Source: Geosiphon pyriformis uo1 (Eukaryota > Fungi > Glomeromycota). From it: a DNA stretch of 64,000 nt. This document shows, in pieces, positions 1-12,792 of this stretch. The DNA lies in contig JAAOMT010000468.1 in NCBI GenBank assembly GCA_016748015.1, positions 372,001 through 436,000 on the forward strand. The letters run 5' to 3'. Below the pieces are notes generated by a model. The model was given only the letters and a program-made list of their open reading frames with translations. It ran no database searches and was not told the origin of the DNA. How positions within the stretch are numbered: position 1 is the first letter of the stretch; each line of letters starts with the position of its first letter. Both the position numbers and the translations under genes were made by a program.

Positions 1-3000
1 GCCAAAAAGTTATTAGATGCACTAACCCAAATACGGACAGGAGAACTCAATAGGTGAACAGGACGCCAATACAGAACTTGCAAGTCATGAGATCTGTGGG
101 AAAACAAACGACCCAAAATACCATTAGAGTTTACAAAACTGACAAGAGAAGCAATCTTGCTTTCAGATTGAACTTGAAAAAATGACTTTAAACCATAAAA
201 TGAAGGGTGTTGAATCGCATCATTAGGGAAATCGAGTGGCAAACCAGATTTGAGCTTTAAACCCTTATGAATCAGAGAATCCCATTTGCTGCACACGCCA
301 ATAAGAATAAAATTGAACTGAGTTCTATAGCTGACTATTGGATGTAGAACTGCTAACACCAAATATAAGAACTGCTTATTCAAGACTGCCTTTCTTAACA
401 CCAGATTGGTAAAAAAGCAAACGTCCAAATGCGTCTTAACCAAGTTAGGCTTTAAAAGACCTTCAGTCAAAAAAAAAATACCCAAATATCAATGAGATTC
501 TCCCTTTTTGGCAATAGAAATGGGCGAACCGCTGATAGAAAGAGAGGGATTGCTAACTTTGTTATTGATAGGAATGGCTACCATTTTATCATTATTAATA
601 GAAATGTCATTGACACAAAAAAATTCACTAGCAACATTGAGAATATGTTGAATAGCCATCTGACTGCTGCCAACCCAAATTGTATCATCAACAAAAGCAC
701 CAGCGGTGAAAAAAAAAGAAAACCCAGCCTGGAATTTGGATCGACCATTCTTGGAAACAAAGTGAGAATTCAACCTATACCCACATACACTCTCCTGTCT
801 TTTAACTTTACACAAAAGGGGATCATAAAATATGCGCCAGAGAAGAGGGAAGAAGACCTCTCCTTGGTCCAAACCATTGTGCACACTATAACCACTTGTC
901 AACCCAAAATCTGTCATAACTTGGTTGGTACAATCTCTATAAATACTGCCAAAAAACCGAATAAATTTACTACACATCTTAATCCTAACCAAACTCTTTT
1001 CGAGATGCTTCCAGCCGACTGAGTCATATGCTTTTTGCATGTCTTGAAGAACCAGCCAGAGCTCCCTGTTTTTTTCCAAAGCATTTTCAACCACCGATCC
1101 AATTGCAAAAATAGAAGACTGGGTTGTCATACCCTTCAGAACCAAAAAATTGTCCCCCTGAAGAACATCAAAAGTGCTGCACACCAAAGAAATCTTGTCA
1201 GAGAGGATCTTGGAAAGAATCTTGCAAGCTGTCTCGATCAAGACAATAGAACGTGTATTTGTCAGAACACCTTCCCACTCATAAGGTTTGGGAATCATCG
1301 AGACCCATGCTTCCTTCCAAGGGCCAGGCACCAATTCTCTGGACAAACAAGAATTCAAAAGCACTAGCAACATATTCAGAACAGACCTATTACAGTGTTT
1401 CCAAAGCTTATTTGAAATACCCAACAAACCAGCTGCTTTACCATTTGGAAGCTCAGAAACCACTCGAAGAACTCATCATACCCAATTAAGCACATAACCC
1501 CAGAAAAAGTTTCATCAAAAACATATTCCAATGGTTGATATTGGCGACACCAATTAACTGAGATATTATTAACCACCTGACACTTTCTAGTCCAACCCTC
1601 CATAATCACATTTACCTTAGACTTAACCAGATCAGGTTCCAAAACCAACTCATCATCAACCACCAAATGATTCAACACAACCTTTTGAAACAGACGTTTC
1701 AATACACTTCTTATCATATGACCCTTATTCATTTCAAAGCTTTCCATCCTTCTGCTTATGACAAACCTGATATTTGCTTCTTTAGCACTCTGAGACTCAA
1801 CAAGCTTAGATGTTCAATAAGATTTTTTAACACCCAAAAGAGCAGAATGAACATGACCAGATTTCACACCAGAGTCCACCAGATTCTGAACAATTGAAGC
1901 ATTAATACTGTCCACAGAAGCCCAACGTTTCATGAGAGAAGCAAAATCCACAGCACACCCCACATAAAACACCTTAATAATCTTTGAAACCAGAAGCTCC
2001 AATTTGTGAAACCTCAAGGAATCTTTAGTAAAGACATCATTAAATTCCTTGAACCATTTTTTCTTGAATACCTCACCAGCTGAAAAAACCATTATCTTGC
2101 AAACAATGCTCCACATTGCATCCAAATCTGAAAGCCTCGCAGAGGCAGCAAACTCATCTGAGAACATTGTAGCATTGGCTGACGTAGCACCTTTAAAACT
2201 GTTTCATTTAATCTCATCAGCACTCTTGAAATTGAATTTCCATCGGTCCCTATTTGCTTGCCTGCAAAAAAAGTTTAACCACATATTCAAAAGCCCACCC
2301 AAACCTACAGCTATTGAAACAGTCTGGTGATTCGTGTCAAAATGCTTACTGATATCCAAAACCTCATGATTCACTATTGCATCAACCAGATTTGGAGAAA
2401 CAAACACATAATCAATTGTCTTCATGACACCCCTAGAATTTGCCCAAGTGGGCAATTTTGAAGCTGGGCTTCCAGCCAAAGAATTCACCAGACCCAAGTC
2501 CAGACACTTTTTAAAACTTGTACACTTACGAGAACCATCTTCATTGAAATCACCACCAAAAACAACAAAGGAAGATTCATTAACAGCTTTTACAATGAGA
2601 GAGTTGACTTTATCAGCTTGAGAAAACCAAACTGCTGAGAAAGCATCAGCATATAGTCCCAGAATAGACACCAAAAGTTTATTTTTGAAAAGTAACTTAA
2701 TAGACAAGAGCTGACCAGGCACTTCTGAGATCCTGCACACATGTTTCGCCAAAGAAGAATTCATAATAACCACGACACCAGCACCCAGATAGCCAGATTT
2801 CAGGCCAGAGGTAAATACCCACACACCATCAAATTTGTTGACAATTCAGGGGCAAATCTTCCCTTTTAACTTTGATTCTGTAAAAATAGAAATTAAATTG
2901 TTCCTTTCCATATGCCAACAAATGATATCGTTGTTACCAGTAGAATTTTAGCTATTAATTAGCATGAAATTTCCCTTATAATTCCTATCATTAATTAGCA

Positions 3001-3976
3001 CATATTATTATCGTTTCGAATTTCACTTATTATTTAATCAAATTAGCAATTATCATCATTTAATCAATAACCCGATTTGGACCATAGAAATTGAGATGAT
3101 CAATTTACACAATACCCTGAACCATATAACATAGCAAAAATTCGCCGAAATTAATGGAAATTGGCCGAAATAATTCATAGTTCAGCGAAATAACTTGTAG
3201 TTCGCCGAAATGTATCTTTAGTTCACCGAAATTCTAGAAAAGAGAAAAAGTGCAAGTTCAAAGACTAGTACTACAACAAGTTGTATAAAAGAAGAGCTTC
3301 TCTCTTCAAGAAAATGTATCTTCTCATATCCTACCATAGTATCTTACTTTAGGTATCTTAATTAGAACAAATCACTTTTTTTACATATCTCAAATAAAAA
3401 TTAAATATTCGAAAACCAAATCCTTTGATTATTACACTTGAAATTCTCTCAACACAACTAACATTTTGAAATTGATTAGCTACCAATTTCAGTAATCTGT
3501 TAGTGACTCCAGGCCTGGATAGAAAACGTTTCCTTGACAAAATTCTATTTCTTTACGTTTCTTTTATTTTTCTCTTTCTTTTCTTATCATAATCATTTGG
3601 GTAGCCTACAGACGAGATTCCTGTAGAAGAGTTGACTTTCACAGCAAAGTAACTACACATTTTTTAGTGAGCTTCCAGACGAGCAATTCCTGGGAAAGAG
3701 TTGACGTTTACTACAACGTAACTACATAAAGTAACTGGCACGGAATTGGCCATTCCACTTATAAGCCCAGCGGTTCAAATTATAGGAGATAATTTGAAGA
3801 TAAATTCAGTTACTGGAGGTTCAACCACATCCAGAAAAACGTGAATTCACAGCAAACAAGCATCAACAACATTTAAAAAAAAGAGACCAAAAACCTCCGG
3901 TAACATCGTTCTGTTTCGCAGGATTGTTCATTTCTCTGATGTTGCAAGTAGCAATATTCCAAACCAGATTGTTTAT
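1..3976 (-). pseudogene. LINE A ORF2 (endonuclease-reverse transcriptase), broken by stops, frameshifts and an insertion
   Basis: Fragments 2204-2824 (APE), 1814-2167, 1376-1747 and 489-1463 (RT) are colinear with ORF2 of copies B-E. Confidence 0.92.
2932..3905 (+). mobile_element. Solo-LTR-like insertion (family 1, 974 bp) inside LINE A ORF2
   Basis: Ends TGTTACC...GGTAACA; perfect 4-bp TSD TCGT (2928-2931 / 3906-3909). Removing it restores the LINE frame AKQNDII. TATA-like TATAAAAG near 3285. Second copy at 42120-43177. Confidence 0.88.
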
Positions 3977-5739
3977 TGAGAAGAAAAAAAATTTGAACTC
4001 GCACCAAAACTGTCCACTTTGGCCGAAAGGCCCAGAACTGTTTCCATCAGACATTTCATGCTGTCTTCCAACTTGGATACCAAAGATACATCAAAAGACA
4101 TTGCTCCTGAAACAACCTCACCATTAGTGGCTGCATCTAAACTCTCACTTATCACTATATCTGCTTCTTGATTCTGTGATGAAGGGGTCATTAACGGTTG
4201 ACATCCAGGGCTTGGCTGGGAAACCATTGGCCCAAGTGCATCCAACCTCTTAGCCAGCTTACCCACCTGCTCCACGAGGCTGGCAAGACTGTGCTCAAGA
4301 ATGACAAACCTATCATTGACTTTCATCAAAACTGGCAGGGACGGCTCCATTTCCGAAGAGGAACCAGATTTCACTGAAACATTACATCCAGAGAGAGGGG
4401 GAAAAGAAGACCCACTAGCAATCTTCGCCCAAGAGAGACCACCAAAAGAGACTGGATGAGCAACTAGAGCTGACTGTTTGGCATAGATGGCTGCCAATTT
4501 GCTCTTATCTGTGTCAGACAAGATTCTATGCAAAGACAAACCTGAGGAAACTTTCCCACCAACCTCACAGTCTAATGATGTATGGCCCGATTTTCTACAC
4601 TTGGCACACTTAACTAAGACAAAACGAGACCAGCATAGATTGGTGCCCCTCAACACTGGTGTGGTTCCCACAATAACATCCAATAACTCAACAGAATCAA
4701 AACAGATGACAGCACACTTAGCCCTAGCATATGTAACCGGATAATGATCAATGACACACATTTTTCCACCCACTGAACCAATAAAATCTCAGATGTCATG
4801 AGCAGTTGTTCCCATTGGTAGAATATAGAGCAGCGCCCTATGCTGGTCTCTTGCATCCCATGATTCTTTGTCCAAATCCGATCTAGCTACTCGTATAGCA
4901 TCCTTCTCAATTAAGATTGACCACTTTGCCGTGACCAAATCAGCATGACCTAATTGCTCAAACTCCGCCACAGCTTTCTGCCACAGCCCCACTAATTGCA
5001 TCTTGATTGACTTAATTATCCCAAACTTGGAGAGTGCAGCGTGCATAGCCTCAGCTGATGTTCCAACCAGAATTTTTTTTAACACCACAGCCTGATCTGA
5101 GCGACCAGCAGATTTCTTAAGATCAGTGTTTACTATAATTTTCACATCCTCAGCCTTTTTAGAAGCCTGCACCAAGCTCAATTCGGACATGAATGTCGCT
5201 TTGATGATCCCAGCAAATTTTGAGGAGGTAGAGGCCCTCCCAAAACCATTGATACCTGAAAATAATTTCCTGACTGCAGAAAGTTTCTCTTGAGAAGATT
5301 TACCAGTCACTTTTTCCAACCCAATATCCAGAGCAAATGACTTATGAACAGGGACATTAACCAGATTTCTTAAAGAAGGAGGAAGTTCCAAATGGCCACC
5401 TAACAGAACATCACCATTATTATCATCACCCAGAAAATTAATTTTGTCCAGAGATTTACCCAAAGCTTGCTTAGTAACTACCTTGGGCCCTTTTGGTGTA
5501 ATGTTTCTCTCTTTCAAAAAATCACCTTCTCCATAATCTACACTAGTTTTTTCAATCAAAAACTCCTCTTTCATGTCCACACTGTTAGACTTAGTGGTAT
5601 CTCCAGCCTCAGACCCCCAAAAACCACCAACCATTTTTTGAGCAGCACCATTCTTTAGAACACCACCTTTCCTTTTTTTCCTAGAAACAATGTCCTTACT
5701 AACAGTATCAGCACTAAAGCCTTTGGCAGACTCCTTCAT
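3973..5739 (-). pseudogene. LINE A ORF1 (gag-like: RRM-like folds, CCHC knuckle, coiled coil), one internal stop
   Basis: Motifs QLVGLWQKA, ALLYILPMGTTAHD, CX2CX4HX4C; ends SSQ*. Confidence 0.9.
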
Positions 5740-6148
5740 AACAGCAACACTGGGACCAACAATAGTCTTGTAATCAAGCAGAAAAAGTTTGGATTTATTA
5801 TACTGAATTGTAAAAAACTTCTTTTCAAAAAACTTTTTGGCTCTTTTTCAGGAATTTGGAACAAAAGAAAGAAAGAAGTTTTTTAAATACTTTTATTAAT
5901 TATTTTAACATTAAATATTACAAAATTTTATATTTTTAAGTTTAATATTTATTTATTTTTTTTGTAATTGTTAATTAAATTCTAAATAAAAACAAGAATA
6001 ATTTTACTTTAAGATATAAAATTTACTAAAATCTTTCTTTCATTGATTCTCTGGTCACAATAAGAGTATTAAGTAGTCAGAAAAATATGCTTCCCTTTTC
6101 CTTTTTGGTTTTTTCATTATTTCTTTCAATACCTCTTTGTTTGTTGCT

Positions 6149-8107
6149 ATGGAACTGGCAAGCTCTTCTGCTGGTAGTTCTGGGTCTAGTTTGACTGGGT
6201 TGGGGACCCAGGCTGGCATTAGAAGCAAAAAGCATGTTGAGGGTGTCCACTCTTATGGTGCATCATACAAGAAGCCAAGAAAGCCTGAAGCTGCTGGGAG
6301 GATGGTGGATTTGTCAACTGGTTCTCTCTCTATAGGCATTTTGGGTGCTGACGGGGTGGAATGCAAGAAGTCCTGGGGCAGTAATGTGGAAAGCAATGGT
6401 AATAGTGTCAGTGAGATTTCGGATATGGAAAACTTAAAGAACACAGTTGTAGAGGAAACGAGTTATGTGAATTCGAATGTCTTGGACACTGATGATATGG
6501 CGAACAATGCCACTCCAAGGATGACAAGAACTGTGACTTACATGTTGGGCCAACTGCCAAAACCTCCTGCTTTTGACAAAATGAGTAATGATGAGGATGT
6601 CTTGGGACTTCTGTCTCCAAAATTCTCTGGTTCCAAGCACTTGCTGGCAGTTGAGTCACGTGTTGCGGAAAATAGAGATTTTGAACCAGTTAAATCATTC
6701 ACCTTGAATATTGAGATTTTGGCAGTGCCTAGAAAGACAAATGTTGACAAATTAATGGCTGTAAAAAAAATCTTTTATCAAATTGATGGATTTGGGAGAG
6801 CTTTGACTCCCTCAAAATTTCCAGAAATAATAAGATTATCATTTACATCTGAAAAAAGTTTGATTAAGGCAAGGGAAATGGCAATCAGTGAAAAAATTTT
6901 GGTAAATAATGATCTAAGAAAAGTAAACAGCCATTCAGATCGGGAAGTGATCATCAAGGAAATCCCAGTGGATCTTCCCAAATCAGTGATTGAGACAGTG
7001 TTCTCCAAGTTTGGCAAGATCATTTCAATTAAAGTGCAGCTTATTGGTCTTTGGCAAAAAGTTTTAGTGAAATATGAATCATCTGAGATAGCTGATTTGG
7101 TCGCAACTAGATGGTCTGTGCTCATGGGAAAGGATTCTATTCACGTGGCAAAGGCAAGTATTGATAGACAAACATGGGTATCTAAGGATTGGCATCAGGC
7201 ATTTCTTTACACTCTTCCAGTTGGCACCACCGCCCATGATTTGTCTGGATTGGTGGAGGCTTATGGTGGGAAAACTTGTTATATTGGCCATAATCTAACT
7301 TCATATGTTCGTGATTAGTGTGCTGTGATTTGTTTTAAAAGTAAGGAGTCCAAGTTGGCTGCTATTGGTTCAGTTCTGGTCTTCAAGAGTGCGAGTTTGC
7401 ATTGGGCTGGTCTTTCTTTGGCCTGTTGCATAATGTGTAAACAATTTGGTCATGTTTCTGGTGTTTGTTCTGTGGGTGGGAATTCTGGTGCTCACAGTAA
7501 GTGGGTGGTAACTTCTTAGAACTGGGTTCATCTGGCTAATATATATAAGAAAAAACGGGCTCCTATCGCTCACCCAGTTTCCTTTGGTGGCAAGACATGG
7601 GCCCAAGTTGCTAGTGGCCCCCCTTTTTGTGTGGTTCCTTCAGGTCCTTCTGGTGTTGGTGCGAATTTTGGTGCGGAATCTGCCTCAGTAGAATCCTCTC
7701 CTTTTGATATCTCTGGTTTGTGCAATCAGGTGGCGTCTTTGGAACACTCTTTAGAGCTTTTGACAGACCAAGTTTCTGCCATTGCGAAAAAACTGAGCTG
7801 TGTTAAAGTGGTATCTTTGGTGTCTTCTTCTCTCACCTCCCATCCTGTTGCATCTGTTTCTCTGGCCTTATGCATGGATTTGGATATGGCACTGGATGTT
7901 CCATTGGCAACATCTCTTTCTTTTTGCCCAACCATTGAAGATGTTGGTCCTGGTTTTGGTTCCAGTAGTTCGAAGATTCTGACTGCCAAGGTTGGTGGTT
8001 TGGAGTCAAAGTTGATGGCTTTGGATGCATTAGTTGGCTTGGTTTTGGCAAGATTAGATATGTTGTGTTCTGGTTTGGGTTCTTCAGTTCTCTCATCTTC
8101 TCAATGA
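6149..8107 (+). pseudogene. LINE B ORF1, with premature stops at 7316-7318 and 7517-7519
   Basis: Same-frame fragments 6137-7318, 7325-7519, 7631-8107; RRM-like and CCHC motifs. Confidence 0.9.
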
Positions 8108-11100
8108 CCAGTTTGATTTAGAAGGTTGCTACGTGTAATGTTCGGGACATGAATGTTCCTGTGAAACAGGATAATATGGTTCATTGGCACAAGGACATGG
8201 GCAATTTAGTTTCTATTTTTACTGAAACAAAGTTGAAGGATAAGGTTCGTCTCTGGATCATCAACAAGTTTGATGGTGTTTGGGTGTTTACCTCTGGTTT
8301 GGATTCTGGATATTTGAGTGCTGGTGTGGCAGTTGTCATGGACTCTTTTTTGGCAAGGCATGTATGCAAAGTTTCTGAAGTGCCTGGCTGGCTTCTGTCT
8401 GTTAGATTACTTTTTAAGAATAAGCTCTCAGTGTCAATTCTGGGGCTCTACACTGGTGCTTCTTCAGTGGTGCAGTTTTCTCAGGCTAATGAGATTAACT
8501 CTCTTATTGCAAGGGCTGTTAATGAATCTTCTTTCATCATTCTCGGGGGTGATTTTAATGAAGACGGTTCTTATAAAAGTACAAGTTTCAAAAGATGCTT
8601 TGATTTGGGTCTGGTCAATTCTTTAGTCGGTAGCCCAGCGGTGAAAATGCCCACTTGGGAAAATTCTAGGGGTATTAAGAAAACAATTGATTATGTGTTT
8701 GTCTCCTCGAGTCTTGTCAATACAATAGTGCATCGTGAAGTTTTGGATGTCAGTAGGCATTTTGACACAGACCATCAAGCTGTTTCAGTGGATTTGGGTT
8801 TGGGCGGGCTCTTGGATATGCATTTGAATTCTCTTTGCAAGCAAACAAATAAAGATCATTGAAAGTTTGACGTCAAAAGTGCCAATGAAGCTAAGTGGTT
8901 GGAGTTCAAGAATGCTTCAGCTGCTAATGTCTCTATGTTCTTGGATGCTTTTGGCATGGCAGTGAGCTATTCAGATGTGGACATTATGTGGGACATTGTT
9001 CACAAGATTATGGTTTTTTCAGTGGATGATACATTTAAGAAAAAATGGTTCAAAGGTTTTGATGGCGTGTTTACTAAGACTTCTTCTAGGTTTCACAAAC
9101 TGGAGCTGCTGGTTTCTAAGTTGGTCAAGGCTTTGCGTTTGGCTTCTAGTGATGGTTTTGCTTCTTTGTTGGAGGTGTGGCACAGACTCGACTCCCCTGG
9201 TGCATTAATGGTCAAGTCTCTGTTTTTTTCAGGCTCTAATTTTAATATTATTCGTTCTGTGCTGGCCAAAGCAAGGAAATTGTACCGCTCTTTCAAATTA
9301 TTGGAATCCAGGTGCAGTGAAGAATCCTCAATCAAGCAGACTATTAGTAAGAGAATAGAGAGTTTTGAGCTGAACAAGAGTCACACTATTAGAAGTATGT
9401 TGAAGCATCCTTTTCGCAAGGTGGTCCTAGATTATCTGGTTGTAGAAGATGAGTTGATTTTAGAGCCTGGTTTGGTTAAGTCTAAGGTGAACAAAATTAT
9501 GGAGGGATGAACCAGAAGACGTAAGGTGGTATCTGACTTATCTGGGGATTGGGCTCGTCAATATTGGCCTCTGGATTATGTGTTCGATAGTGCTTTCTCT
9601 GATGTCATGTGTTTGATTAGTTTTGATGAGTTGTCAGCTGTTGTTAAGGATTTTCCTGATGGAAAAGTGGCTGGTCTTTCTGGTATCTTCAATGAATTGT
9701 GGAAACATTGTGACAAATTTGTTTTGGATATGCTTTTGGTGCTCTTGAATTTCTGTTTGGTTGACAAGTCAGTTCCTGGGCCTTGGAGAGAAGCTTGGAT
9801 TTCAATGATTCCTAAACCATATGAATGGGAAGGAGTTCTCACAAACACCCATCTTATAGCTTTAATTGAAATGGCCCACAAGATTCTCTCCAAGATTCTT
9901 TCAAATAGGATCTCTCTGGCTTGCAGCACTTTTGATGTTCTTCGTGGGGACAATTTTTCGGTTTTGAAAGGTACGACGACACAATCTCCAATTTTTGCTA
10001 TTGGTTCTGTGGTTGAGGATGCCTTGGAGAAGAACCGTGAACTGTAACTGGTGTTACAAGACATGCACAAGGCTTATGACTCGGTTGGTTGGAAACATCT
10101 TAGGAGGAGTTTGGTCAGGATCAAAATGTGTGACAGGTTTATTAGATTTTTTGGCAGTATTCACAATGGTTGCATCAACAGAGTAATGACTGATTTTGGC
10201 TTGACTAATGGGTATTGTGTCCACGATGGGCTGGATCAGGGAGAAGTTTTCTCGCCCCTTCTCTGGCGTATTTTTTATGATTCACTTTTGTGCAAGGTCA
10301 AGAGACAGGATAGTGTGTATGGCTACAGGTTGAATTCTTATTTCATATCAAGAACTGGCCGGATGGATCCTCAAGCTAGACTGTCTTCGTTTTTTGCTGC
10401 CGGCGCTTTTGTTGATGATACTATTTGGGTTGGTAGCAGCCAGACTGCTACACAATGCATCCTTGATGTGGCTAGTGAGTTTTTCAGGTTTAACAATATT
10501 TTTGTAAATAATGACAAAACAGTGGTCATTCCCATCAATTGCCGGGTGCTGGACCCTCATTTGACTATCAGTGGTGCACCTATTTCTATTGCCAAGAGAG
10601 GGGAATCTCATCATTACCTAGGCATTTTTTTATCTTTTGAGGGTCTCTCAAAGTCCAGCTTAGCTAAAGCCCAGGCGGATGTGCAGTTTTTTGTGAATCT
10701 AGTTTTAAAAAAGGCAGTTTCTAATAAACAGTGTGCGTATTTGGTGTCCATGGTTTTTTTTCCCATTATTAGCTATAGAACTCAGTTCAGTTTCATTTCT
10801 GTGAGCATTTGTAACAAATGGGATGCTTTGGTGTGCAAGATCTTGAAGTCTAAGTCTGGGTTGTCCTGTAATTTCCTCAATAATGCACTGCACCACCTTT
10901 CATTGTATGGTTTGAAGACTTTTGAGCAGATTCAAGCTGAGAGTAAATTGGCATCCACTGTTGCTTTCACAAACTCTGCTGGTATTTTGGGTCATCTTTT
11001 TTCTCATAGGGCTCATGATCTTCAAGTACTTAGCTGGTGCCCACATCACTCTTTGCTGTTTCTATCTCGTATTGGTATTAATTCCTCAAACAATTTTTTG

Positions 11101-12792
11101 GCTGGTGTGGTTCGTATTTTTTCCGGGTGTGATTTGTCTTTGGGAGGCCCTCTGGCTTGTGCTTTTTGTCATTGGTGCGGCACTCCTATGTCTTTGGTTC
11201 TTGGTAAATCCTGTTTTTTCAAGTGTATCTCTTCACTTAGGCGTTATGGGATTGCTTTCGTGGAACAGCTTCTTGACCATAATGGTAATGTTTTCAGTTG
11301 GGGGACCTTCAAGCGTTGGAAGAGGCTAGACCTTCGTGGCCCAGTCTCTTTCTGGTTTGTTCTTTCCGTTTGCTTTCTTGGTGGTGTTGTACCTCTCTCC
11401 TCAAATTCTTCTTTGGTAGATGGTTATGCTGTGTCTAATATTCATCTTTCTCATGATTTTGGTATGGTTTGTAATGCTTTGCCGACCATTGATGCTGCCC
11501 ACCTTTCTGTGTATACAGATGGATTTCTTTCTGGTCTGAGCACTGTTGACGTGAGAGTGGGTGCTGCTGTTTTTTTTGAGGACATTAACTTGGGTTTGGG
11601 TGTTGGGGTGTCTGGTTTGGTTTCTTCTACTCTGATAGAGCTGCAAGCCATAGCTTTGGCCCTTGAATGTGTTCCTTTTTCTCATTTAATTGACTTGTTC
11701 TCGGATAGCCAAGCTGCTTTGGATGCATGTAGGTCAGAATCATTGCTGGTTTGTCCAGATTTCAGGAACTGCTGTTGGATCGAGCATTGTTACATTGCTA
11801 CCGTCATTTGTCAAAAAAATTTGGATGTGAATTGGGTTAAAGTGAAAGGTCATTTAGGTGTTTCAGGCAATGAGCATGCTGATGTGCTTGCCAAAGATGC
11901 TGCTTTCTCTGCTTGGCATCTGCCTCATTTAGTCAGTAAACATTTTCTATGTGCTGGTGGTACGGCAGTTTCTGGTAATTCTAAACACTTTGTTCATAAT
12001 GTTTTCCGGTCAGTTCATCGAGTTTGTTGGGAGGTTGGAGTAGGTTCTCATGTTGTAGATGATAGTTTGCATACTAATATCAATTGGTCTAAGTCTTCTA
12101 TGGTGTGGCACCCTAATTCTCACTTGGCATCTGGTTTTACCAGCATGCGCACAGCAGGCTGTTGTACTTACTTTATGAAGGCTCTCCATTATTGGCTTCC
12201 TGTTGCTGTGTGCAAGCATTTATATGATAGGAGATACCTCAGTGTGGTCTGTCTGTTCTGTGATGACATTGAGACCTTGAATTATGTCTTTTCATGTCCT
12301 CAGGATGCCGTTGGCCATGCTCGTTTGTTGGGCGCTCATGCTTCAGCTTGGGAGGCTCTTTTTGGTCTATCTCACTTTTTTTCATGTGTCTTACAGACCT
12401 TAGCTTCTTGTGTTTCTGAAGTTGGGGTTGGTATTGCTCTGTGTAAGGGCTTTGTTTTCAATGAATGGTTTCGTGAGTTGGTCTTGATTTTTAAAGATTC
12501 TAAGGAGAGTACTAAAAGGATTGTGAGCTTTGTGCGTAAGTTCTGCCTTGCATTTTGGGATGATATTTGGTTGGTCCGCACCAGACACTGAGCATTTATG
12601 GAAAAACACGGTTTGATTCCGCATGATGGCTCCACTCCTGCTTCTGTTTCTGGTTTGCCTATGATGTTTTTGGCTGGTGTGGTTAGATTGCTGGGGATGG
12701 CTGAGACTTTTGGAGTTGGTTTCGGGTTTTGTAAGTTTTGTCCATTTTTTTCAGGTATTGAAAATTTGGTTTCTGTGCATATAGGTATATAG
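8104..12792 (+). pseudogene. LINE B ORF2 (APE-RT-RNase H-zinc finger), same-frame nonsense mutations
   Basis: Fragments 8149-8862, 8899-9510, 9526-10047, 10051-12591 and 12598-12792 are in one frame, separated by stops at TGG/CGA-type codons. Confidence 0.94.

Larger units (their letters stand above)
1..5878 (-). mobile_element. Non-LTR retrotransposon (LINE) copy A, degenerate; 3' part runs off the window start; ORF1 type X + ORF2 type alpha; interrupted by a solo-LTR-like insert
   Basis: Minus-strand ORF fragments give ORF1 (4789-5739, 3973-4773; knuckle CAKCRKSGHTSLDC), APE endonuclease (GGDFNED, TIDYVFVS, DTNH at 2204-2824) and RT (LQDMQKAYDSV, GLDQGEVF.PLLW, AFVDD at 489-1463). Pyrimidine-rich 5' start CTTCTTTCT at 5878. 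Confidence 0.95.

Noticed and set aside
489-1463. RT as group II intron, retron, DGR or telomerase
   Set aside because: Upstream APE endonuclease and gag-like ORF1, plus the downstream RNase H and poly(A) tail seen in sister copies, define a non-LTR retrotransposon.
3140-3232. CRISPR/iteron-like short repeats
   Set aside because: Degenerate ~20-bp period inside an LTR-like insert; no cas or replicon context.
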